From: Clostridia bacterium
GTDB taxonomy: Bacteria > Bacillota > Clostridia > Christensenellales > UBA1242
Length of the DNA: 63,008 nucleotides
Direction: 5' to 3'
Assembly: GCA_017523305.1 (NCBI GenBank)
Contig: JAFWWV010000077.1
Coordinates: 1 to 63,008, forward strand
How positions within the stretch are numbered: position 1 is the stretch's first letter; every line of letters starts with the position of its first letter. Position numbers and translations under genes: made by a program. Below, in pieces: positions 18,566-27,100 of this stretch. The notes below the pieces were generated by a model that saw only the letters and a program-made list of their open reading frames with translations, was not told where the DNA came from and searched no databases.

Positions 18566-19222
18566 ATGGAAAAATTGATTGCATTAAAAAAAGAAATTGG
18601 AAATGATGTTGTTGTATGGAGTACAGGGGCAGTAAAAATTGATAAGAATACTGCAATCAGTGTTCCAATCAACTATAGAGTAGTTGCCTTGATTGATGGC
18701 AAGATTGCTTTTAGGGTAGACCCTTGCAGTGAAGTAAACATTATCAAGGAATTCGGTAAAGAACTTCTTAAAAAACAAATTGAATTTATTTATGTATTAA
18801 GTAGTGCAATTCCTATGATGAGTTGGGGATTTGGTAACATTAACGTAAATAATGACAGACTTAAAGAAGCATACAGAGTTGGTGCTAACGGAAAATATTC
18901 AATAGAAATAGTTGATATTCCAAAATTGATTAAGAATTTTGCAGGCAAGGCTGAAATTACAATTGATGATATAAGAGAAAAGACCGTTACAATTATCAAA
19001 GCAAACGGAACACAAGTTGTAAGTAAGTATTTCGCTAATACAACAACAAGTGTATTTGAGATAGACTCAAAAATCGGTGAAATAAGAGTTGATATTAAAG
19101 AAGCATTAGTAGATGAACTTTTATTTAAAAACTTTGGCTTGAAGATGACAGACCTTATTGTTGAAGGAATTCACGTAAATGAAGATGACCTACAAGTTAT
19201 AAGAGATAGGTTAAATGGTTAG
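18566..19222 (+). CDS. SPFH/Band-7 protein of the YdjI type (Band_7_1-like)
   Basis: By eye it is collinear with B. subtilis YdjI. Examples are 'KIDKNTAISVPINYRVVALIDGKIAF', 'SWGFGNINVNNDRLKEAYRVGANGKYSIEIVD' and the C-terminal 'FGLKMTDLIVEGIHVNEDD'. Starts 2 nt after the XRE stop. Confidence 0.6.
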   Translation: MEKLIALKKEIGNDVVVWSTGAVKIDKNTAISVPINYRVVALIDGKIAFRVDPCSEVNIIKEFGKELLKKQIEFIYVLSSAIPMMSWGFGNINVNNDRLKEAYRVGANGKYSIEIVDIPKLIKNFAGKAEITIDDIREKTVTIIKANGTQVVSKYFANTTTSVFEIDSKIGEIRVDIKEALVDELLFKNFGLKMTDLIVEGIHVNEDDLQVIRDRLNG

Positions 19223-19232
19223 GAGGAAAAAT

Positions 19233-20297
19233 ATGAAAAAATATACACCATCAGTTCAAACAAACAATAATTTAAAGAATGAAATTGCAGAAGAACTTAA
19301 TGCAATTATCTTCAAACTTGAAAAAGGTAAATACAATAAGAACTTGGATTCTTCAGCAGTTGCAGGTATTGTTGCTCAATTAAGAGAAGATTACGAAACT
19401 CTTACTAATGCAATTGGTAACGGAAAAGAAGATATTAATAATATCTACACAAAAACAAAGAAATACATTGAAGCATTGAAACAAGAAATTGAACAAACTC
19501 TTACTACAAAACTTGAAAAAGCAGTAGAAGATTTGTCATTCACAGTTAATATGTGGACAGAAGTATTAAATGGAAATCTTGTAGATGTTGACGCAGATGA
19601 AACAAAAGTTAAATTGAGTTGGTCAAAGAAAAGACTTAATGCAAAACTTCAAGAATTAAGATTAATCAAACTTGATTATCAAAAGAATGAACAAAGAATT
19701 GAAGGCGATATTAAGGGAATTGAAAAAGAACTTGCTGAACTTGAAAACAAGATGGTTGCCGAAGAAAATGAAAGAATTATAAATGAACTTTATAGACAAA
19801 TCACAGCAGCTAAAAGCAAGATTGACGCCTTAAATATCAGAAGGGGTAACTATTCAGTTTGCTTTAACTTAATTGATATGATTGATGTAAATATCAATGA
19901 AATTGTTATGGCAGGTGAATATGCTACATCTGAACTTAACAAGGCTAAAGGAATGCTTAATATGGGTAGAATTAGAGAAACTGCTGTAAACCCTGAAAAA
20001 GCAATTCCTATCTTAAGAGTTCTTCAAGATGACTTAAATAAGATTAATGAAAAAGTAAAATCTGTTGACAATAAAATCTTTGGTAGAGTAGAAGGTCAAG
20101 CAACAATTACAAATGACGCTATGAACTACAAAGAAGAACTTATGAGAAAGAAAAGAGAAAAAGAACAATTAGCAAATGCTATGAGTGAAATGGATACAAA
20201 GTTGGCTAATCCAACAGTTGCTGCTGAACCTAAAAAAGCAACAACAGAAGATTTCTTAAAAGCATTAGATGATTTAAACGGTGGGGAGGATAAATAA
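19233..20297 (+). CDS. Coiled-coil protein (355 aa), possibly PspA/ESCRT-III-superfamily-like
   Basis: Almost entirely heptad-like helical sequence. Acidic amphipathic tail 'EDFLKALDDLNGGEDK'. AGGAGG RBS. Confidence 0.4.
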   Translation: MKKYTPSVQTNNNLKNEIAEELNAIIFKLEKGKYNKNLDSSAVAGIVAQLREDYETLTNAIGNGKEDINNIYTKTKKYIEALKQEIEQTLTTKLEKAVEDLSFTVNMWTEVLNGNLVDVDADETKVKLSWSKKRLNAKLQELRLIKLDYQKNEQRIEGDIKGIEKELAELENKMVAEENERIINELYRQITAAKSKIDALNIRRGNYSVCFNLIDMIDVNINEIVMAGEYATSELNKAKGMLNMGRIRETAVNPEKAIPILRVLQDDLNKINEKVKSVDNKIFGRVEGQATITNDAMNYKEELMRKKREKEQLANAMSEMDTKLANPTVAAEPKKATTEDFLKALDDLNGGEDK

Positions 20298-20298
20298 G

Positions 20299-20889
20299 AT
20301 GGCATTTTTCAAAACAAAACAAGAAAAAGAAATAATCGCTAAAATGGAACGCGAAGAACAAATGGAAACTTTCAACGAACAAATTAATGAGTTGAAAAGT
20401 AAAAGACAAGAATATGCTAAAATTGCTGCTGAAGCTGAAGTAAATGGTGATACAGGTTCTTATGATGTTGCTGTTAATGCTTTGCTTGAAATGAATGATG
20501 TTATTAGTTCATTAATGCAAACAAAAACAAACTTTGATATTATCAATGTTTCAAATTCAATTGCAGTAACAATGGCAACAGCTATGAATGCTTTGGATAA
20601 AATGGCAAGTGGTAAAGCAAAAATGCCTAACTTAAGAAAAATCCAAAGAACTCAAGTTAAGATGAACAAATATATGAGAGAAATTAAGATTGCTCAAAAA
20701 GCTATGGGTAGCGCTATGAAGCAATCTAACCCTGCAAATAAGACAAGGTCCCCAGAAGCATTGGCTTCAGTAAGACCACTTATCGAAGCGGAAAGAGCAA
20801 AATTATCGCCAACAATGTCTACATCTGTTGGTGCTGATAGCATTAATTTAGCTGAAGAAATCGAAAGAGAAAAGAATAGAATTATTTAA
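20299..20889 (+). CDS. ESCRT-III/Snf7 (CHMP)-like protein
   Basis: Size (196 aa) and helix pattern match ESCRT-III. The N-terminus is a basic helix. Then come 'AEAEVNGDTGSYDVAVNALLEMNDVISSLMQTKTNFDII', 'AVTMATAMNALDKMASGKAKMPNLRKIQRTQVKMNKYMREIKIAQKAMGSAM', a Pro/Ser linker and an acidic amphipathic tail 'INLAEEIEREKNRII'. Assignment by eye only. Confidence 0.55.
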   Translation: MAFFKTKQEKEIIAKMEREEQMETFNEQINELKSKRQEYAKIAAEAEVNGDTGSYDVAVNALLEMNDVISSLMQTKTNFDIINVSNSIAVTMATAMNALDKMASGKAKMPNLRKIQRTQVKMNKYMREIKIAQKAMGSAMKQSNPANKTRSPEALASVRPLIEAERAKLSPTMSTSVGADSINLAEEIEREKNRII

Positions 20890-20903
20890 TCAAGGAGTTT
20901 TCT

Positions 20904-22043
20904 ATGAGTACTGTAATGCAGGTTGAAGCATATAAAAGTTTTTACGAACAAGGAATGAGTGCTTATGATTGTGGTGATGTTTTAAAAGCAAGAGAACTGC
21001 TTTTAAAGGCTGCTGAAATGGCTAATGAAATATCAACTAAATCAGTTTCTTACCAAGTTAAAACAGAGTATAGAAATATTGCTATGAAAATCCTTAATTT
21101 TGTAAAGACAAAATGTGGAAATGAACCACAAAAAAAGGCTGTTAAGTCTGGTGAAACTAAATCAAGTGGTGATGAAGAAAAGACAACAAACTTCCAACCT
21201 GTAAACAATGATGAGAAAATCACTTTTGAAGATGTTGCAGGGTTGCAGGAGGTTAAAGAAGAAATCGAATTTAAAGTTCTTAACCCTTTAAAAAATCCTG
21301 AATTGGCTAAAAAATACAAAATCAATGCAGGTGGAAAACTTCTTCTTTATGGACCACCGGGAACAGGTAAGACCTTTATTGCAAGAGCAATTGCAGGTGA
21401 GGTAGACGCTGTATTTTACTCAATCAATTGTCAAGATTTGATTAGTAAATATATGGGTGAAAGTAGTAAACAATTAGATAAATTGTTTGAAACTGCTTTA
21501 AAAAATGAAAGAGCAATCATCTTCTTTGATGAGTTCGACTCAATTGCTACTAAAAGAGAAAGTAGTAGTGGTGGTGTTGACGCTGAAATGTCAAGATTTG
21601 TTGCCACTTTCTTAACAAAAGTAGATGGATTTACAAAATCTAAAACAAACAAGATGTTGTTACTTATTGCTGCCACAAATAGGCCTTGGGCTCTTGATAA
21701 CGCTATGATTAGAGGTGGAAGATTTGATACTCATATTTATGTAAGTGTACCAGATTCAAATGCTAGAAGATTTATGGTTGAAAAGGCATTTAGAGATGTT
21801 CCAATGAATAGTAATTTTGATTACGCAAAATTGACCGAAATGCTTGATGGTTTTGGTGGTGGTGATATTGTTGCTATTTGTGAAAAAATAAGACTTAAGG
21901 CTTATAAGAAGTCAATTAGAACCGGTGTTGAAGAAAAGGTTTCTATGGAAGATTGCTATGATGTCCTTGCTAAACACCATAATGTTATAACAAGAGAAGA
22001 AATCGAAAGATTTGAAAATTTTCAAAATGGAGATATGGATTAA
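20904..22043 (+). CDS. Classical AAA ATPase (Vps4/katanin/Cdc48 clade) with N-terminal MIT-like three-helix domain
   Basis: The N-terminal ~75 aa are helical ('AYDCGDVLKARELLLKAAEMANE...YRNIAMKILNFVK'), followed by a low-complexity linker. 'FEDVAGLQEVKEEI', Walker A 'GPPGTGKTF', pore loop 'KYMGES', Walker B 'IIFFDEFD', SRH 'ATNRPWALDNAMIRGGRFD'. Confidence 0.75.
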   Translation: MSTVMQVEAYKSFYEQGMSAYDCGDVLKARELLLKAAEMANEISTKSVSYQVKTEYRNIAMKILNFVKTKCGNEPQKKAVKSGETKSSGDEEKTTNFQPVNNDEKITFEDVAGLQEVKEEIEFKVLNPLKNPELAKKYKINAGGKLLLYGPPGTGKTFIARAIAGEVDAVFYSINCQDLISKYMGESSKQLDKLFETALKNERAIIFFDEFDSIATKRESSSGGVDAEMSRFVATFLTKVDGFTKSKTNKMLLLIAATNRPWALDNAMIRGGRFDTHIYVSVPDSNARRFMVEKAFRDVPMNSNFDYAKLTEMLDGFGGGDIVAICEKIRLKAYKKSIRTGVEEKVSMEDCYDVLAKHHNVITREEIERFENFQNGDMD

Positions 22044-22871
22044 ATGATATACGAATTAACAAAATGTAAAGTATGTGGTTCGGAAGATTTAGTACAAACC
22101 GATAAAGAAATTGTTGGTCTTGATACTTACATTGTTTATAGATGTAAGTCTTGCGACTCAATCGTTTCAAAGGAAAGACCTAGAAAAACATCTGTAAAAG
22201 AAGAAAATAACACTTCTAAACCTGTTTTTAGTGGGGTTGAGATAAGTCCTGCGGAATTGTATGAAAAGAACCATAAAACACTATATTCTATCAATAGTGT
22301 ACTTGAAAATGAGGATAGAAGTTGTGGAACTGCTTTTGCAATAGGAAGTAATGGTTATCTTCTAACAAATGCACATGTTGTTACAAGAGTTAGTTCTGAA
22401 GAAGATGGTGAAGTTAATTTTGAAATTAATGATGATATAACTGCTACATCATTTAATGGTGAGGTTGCAGATTGTGAGTTAATTGACCTAGATTTAGTTT
22501 TAGATTTAGCTTTGCTTAAGATAAACAAAAGAAATAACTATTCAGTTAAACTTGGTTCTTACGAAACAGTTAAGACAGGTGAAAAAGTTGTTTCTATTGG
22601 AAATAGTAAAGGTGAAGGAATGTCTATCACAGAAGGTCTAGTAAGTGATAGAGCAAGAAATTTAGGAAATCAAACAAAGATTTTGATAAGTGTGCCAATT
22701 AATCACGGAAATAGTGGTGGACCTTTATTTAATATGAAAGGTCAAGTAATTGGTGTTGTTGCTTCAGGTAAAAAGAATGCAGTTGCTATGAGCTATGCAA
22801 TTCCGGTTGATGAAGTACTAAAATTTATCAAAAGAATTGAAGTAGACCAAGAAATTAAAGTATTAAATTAA
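22044..22871 (+). CDS. Cytoplasmic Zn-ribbon fused to a trypsin-like (S1/HtrA-type) serine protease, no PDZ domain
   Basis: 'CKVCGS...CKSCDS'. Catalytic His 'LTNAHVV', Asp 'DLALLKI', Ser 'GNSGGPLF'. No signal peptide or TM. Its ATG abuts the upstream stop (TAAATG). Confidence 0.8.
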   Translation: MIYELTKCKVCGSEDLVQTDKEIVGLDTYIVYRCKSCDSIVSKERPRKTSVKEENNTSKPVFSGVEISPAELYEKNHKTLYSINSVLENEDRSCGTAFAIGSNGYLLTNAHVVTRVSSEEDGEVNFEINDDITATSFNGEVADCELIDLDLVLDLALLKINKRNNYSVKLGSYETVKTGEKVVSIGNSKGEGMSITEGLVSDRARNLGNQTKILISVPINHGNSGGPLFNMKGQVIGVVASGKKNAVAMSYAIPVDEVLKFIKRIEVDQEIKVLN

Positions 22872-22883
22872 AGGAAAAAACAG

Positions 22884-24176
22884 ATGTCAGTAAATCAAGA
22901 AAAGGAATTTTGTAACAAGAAGTTTAAAGAAGCAATTGTTTACGCTAGAAGGAAAGATGTAAAGAATTGTAGAAGTGCTTTGTTTGTTGTAATGGAATCA
23001 TTACTTAAGATTTCATATCAATTAAAGGGTAATGAAAAAACTGAATGTGAAGAAAAAATTAAATTTATATTAGAAATGGCAAAGACAATTGCTAATGAAG
23101 GTTTTACTGACGATGTTATGTTTAACCTTACTGGTGAATTGCCTAAAAAAGAAGTTGTAGAAAAGAAAGAAATAGTTGAAGAACAAATTGCTCAACCAAC
23201 TGAAATCGAAGATGAGGAAGAATTTGAGGATAACAAGACAAATAATCCTTTAAGACCTACAAGATTAAGAGATTATGTTGGGCAAGACAAAATTAAAAGG
23301 CCTTTGGCTGAAGCAATTTTGGCTGCTAGAACAAAACAAACATCATTAGACCATGTATTGCTGTTCGGTTCTGCAGGTTTAGGTAAAACAACATTAGCAA
23401 GAATTATTGCAAATGAGATGAAATCAAACATTATTGTAATGAATGGACCAACAATTAAGGATACAAATGATTTCATTAAAAATATTAAACAATTAAAAGA
23501 AAATGATATTGTATTTATAGATGAAATACACCGTATTAGCACTAGCGCTGCGGAATCTATATATACTGCTATGGAAGATTTCAAACTTTCATATATAAGA
23601 AACGATGGTAAAAATGTTGAAATGGATTTACCAAAGTTTACATTAATTGGTGCAACTACTCACTCTGGTTTGTTAGAAAAACCTATGAGAGATAGATTTG
23701 CTTTACAATTTAGACTTGAACCATATTCTGTAGATGTGCTTACTCAATTAGGTGTTAAGTCGTTTGAAAAACTTGGATTTAATATTTCGGAAGCTGATAT
23801 GAAAAATATTGCTAAAAGAAGTAGAGGAGTTCCAAGAATTTGTAATGGATTTATCAAGAGAATTTCTGATAAAGCATTAATAAGAAACACGAATGTTATT
23901 GATAAAAAGATTATTGAAGAATACTTTATTGATAACGAAATAGATAGTCTTGGATTAAATGCAGGTGATATTCATCTTCTTAAGACTATAATTAATAAAT
24001 TCAATGGTGGTCCGGTTGGACTTGATACATTAGCTTCGGCTACTGGTGAAGGCAAAAACATCATTGAAAATCAGTATGAACCATACCTAATATATCTTGG
24101 CTTTATAAACATCACACAAAATGGTAGGGTTGCAACTGAACAAGCATACAAACATTTAAAGATTGAAAAATACTAG
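22884..24176 (+). CDS. RuvB-paralog AAA+ ATPase with ~125-aa N-terminal MIT-like helical extension and acidic linker
   Basis: From 'LRPTRLRDYVGQDKIK' onward it is collinear with RuvB. It has Walker A 'GSAGLGKTT', Walker B 'IVFIDEIHR', 'LIGATT', 'RDRF', 'RGVPRI' and the winged-helix 'GGPVGLDTLA...EPYLI..GFI..T..GR'. The N-terminal extension is helical, then 'EIEDEEEFED'. Confidence 0.8.
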   Translation: MSVNQEKEFCNKKFKEAIVYARRKDVKNCRSALFVVMESLLKISYQLKGNEKTECEEKIKFILEMAKTIANEGFTDDVMFNLTGELPKKEVVEKKEIVEEQIAQPTEIEDEEEFEDNKTNNPLRPTRLRDYVGQDKIKRPLAEAILAARTKQTSLDHVLLFGSAGLGKTTLARIIANEMKSNIIVMNGPTIKDTNDFIKNIKQLKENDIVFIDEIHRISTSAAESIYTAMEDFKLSYIRNDGKNVEMDLPKFTLIGATTHSGLLEKPMRDRFALQFRLEPYSVDVLTQLGVKSFEKLGFNISEADMKNIAKRSRGVPRICNGFIKRISDKALIRNTNVIDKKIIEEYFIDNEIDSLGLNAGDIHLLKTIINKFNGGPVGLDTLASATGEGKNIIENQYEPYLIYLGFINITQNGRVATEQAYKHLKIEKY

Positions 24177-24194
24177 AAATAAAGGAGAAGTCCT

Positions 24195-27100
24195 ATGGAT
24201 AAGAATATTTGTAATATCTGTGGTGGCAGTTATGTTTACAAGAATGGCAAATGGATTTGCTCTTGTTGTGATAATGTTAGACAAGATGAGATAACCAATG
24301 AAGAATTGGTTCTTTTGGCTAATGCTGCGACCAAATTGAGAATGGCAGATTTCGATAGTGCAGAAGAATTATATATGGACTTTGTAAAAAAATATCCTAA
24401 AAATTCTGAAGGTTACTGGGGACTTCTTTTATCTAAATATGGTATTAAGTATGAAGATGATTTTGACGGAAAGAAAATTCCTACAGTTTATGCTACTAGC
24501 ATTGAAAGTGTTTTAAATGATGAAAACTATAAGAAAGCAATCGCTTTAGCTGATAAAGAAACTGAAAAATACTATAAACAACAAGCAAATAAATTTGAAA
24601 GTATTAGACAAGAATGGGTTGAAAAGGCTTCAAAAGAACAACCTGTAGACATCTTTATCTGTTATAAAGATAGTGATGAAGAAAAAGATATTGCAAGAAC
24701 AGATGATAGTTATGAAGCTCAAAACCTTTATACATATTTAATGTCAAAAGGATACTCTGTATTCTTTAGTAGAGAAAGTTTGCGTGATAAAGTTGCTGAA
24801 AAATATGAACCATATATTTTCAATGCTTTAAATACCGCACACGTTATGATAGTTTATTCATCTTCCAAAGAATATTTGGAATCTACTTGGGTTAAGAATG
24901 AATGGACTAGATTTTTAAAGAAAATTAAAAATAAACAAAAACAAGAGAACTCACTTATCTTGGCTTTCGATAAAATGAAACCAAGTGATTTTCCAAAGGT
25001 TTTCTCAAATGTTCAATGTATGAATGCTTCGCAAAAAACATTCTATTCTGACCTTGAGAAACATATTCAAAAAGTAATTAAAAAAGCTACTGCGCCAATT
25101 ACAAGATTGGAAAGAGTAGAAGTAAAAGAAAATGTTAGACATAAAAGAGCTAAAAAACTTGATACTGATATTGCTAAAAGAGAAATTGGCTCATATAATG
25201 TTGAACAATTGACTGGTGATGAAGAAACTCAACTTAAGACTGCTTATAAATTCTTAAATAGGGGATTATTTGCAGACGCTGATGAAATCATCACAAAAAT
25301 CCTTGATAAAAACTCAAGAAATGGACAAGCAATTCTATGTAAGTTACTTGTTAATCTTGAAGCAAAAAACATTGAGGAATTAGAAAATCACATTGATGAA
25401 AATGTTGATTTTGATGAACTTGAAAACTCAATTGGCTATTCAAATAAAGATGTTGCTTTACAAATTCTTTCAGCGCTTAAAAATGCTTGCATAAATGAAT
25501 TTAATGCTGATAACAATGAATTTGCTTTACAATTGGCTGATTTTATTTGTAGATACAATGTTGAAGATGTCAATTTTAATAATAGAATTAATGAAGTTAT
25601 CACACATTTAGTAATTAAAGATGAAATTGAATGTGCAGATAAACTTGTACGAACTCTTTTAAGAACTCTTACAGATAACACCGATAGTTATTTGGAAGAA
25701 GTAGAAAAGACAATTGATACATTTAAAAAACAAGGTCATTTTGATATTGCAAGTAAATATGTAGATGAATATTTGGAAATTTATCCAACTAGCCACAAAA
25801 TGTTGTGGAAGAAAATATCTATTGACCTTAAATGTAAAAATGAAGTTGAATTAACAAGTAATATATTCAAACTTGAAGATATTTCAGTTTTTGAGAAAAT
25901 TCTTGAATGTACAAAAGCAGGACAAGAAAGAGATGGATATATTGAAAAACTTTTAAATATAATTCAAAAATGTGTTGAAGAAGTTACATCTAGTGAAGAT
26001 TTCTCAAAATGTTGTGATGTTTTTGATAAAATAATCAAATATACAACACAAGATGAAAAATATGTAAAATTAATATTTAGATATGCTGAAAATTGCCAAG
26101 AAAAAGGCCAATTTACACATGCTGAAAAGTACTATGCAATTGTTATTGGTGAAGATGAACAAAATCATAATGCTTATTGGAAACTATTACAATCCAAACT
26201 TAAAGTTAAAAACAACAAAGAATTAATTGAACAACCTGTAATAATTACAACTCTTTCAGAATTTCATAGTGCTATTGTTGCTACCGGTGATGATGAAAAG
26301 AGTGCTGATAGATATATTGACCTTAAAGCAAAACAGCTTGAATATATTGAAAAACAAAAAATATTAAAGGCAAAGAAAAAACACCAAAGAAAAGTTATGT
26401 CTATCTTTGCTGCCTGTCTTGCTGTAATTTTCGCTATTGGTGTAGGTTTATATGGTTGGAATCTATATTATAAATCACAAAACCAATTGCTATACACTTT
26501 AGAAGATGGAACCTATTCTGTTAGAGCAGGTAAGTATTATGATGAAAAATATATTACAATACCTGCAACATATAACGGTAAACCTGTTACAGAAATAGAT
26601 GAGAATGCATTCCAAAATAAAAATGTTCAAATTGTTTCAATTCCTAATACAATTGAGAAAATTTCAAACAATGCATTCAATGGTTGTGATGACTTAACAA
26701 AGGTAGAATATTATTCTGCAAATAACAATAGTAGAGCATTAGCAACTAATTCTTCAATGGAAACAATTGGTGATTATGCATTCTACAATTGCACTAAATT
26801 AGAAGATATTCAATTATCAAATAGTTTAACATATTTGGGTAAATATGCTTTTGCTAATTGCTTAAGCCTTAACGAAATAACAATTCCAAATACATTAGAA
26901 AATATCTTGGAAGGAACTTTCAAGAATGCATTTAATAGTAATGTAGAAAGTATTTCAATTCCAAAAGAAGTTGAATTTATTGGAAAAGACGCTTTCGATT
27001 GCAATATTGAAAATGTATTAGTGGACGAAAGAAATTCAATTCCAACAAATTGGGATACTGATTGGTGTGGAAATTCTTCTGAAATTGAAGTATTGTGGTC

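Noticed and set aside
22884-24176. The RuvB-like gene as the housekeeping ruvB.
   Set aside because: There is no ruvA/ruvC neighbour. It has an extra N-terminal domain and is tightly coupled inside an accessory operon. This cannot be fully excluded without the rest of the genome.
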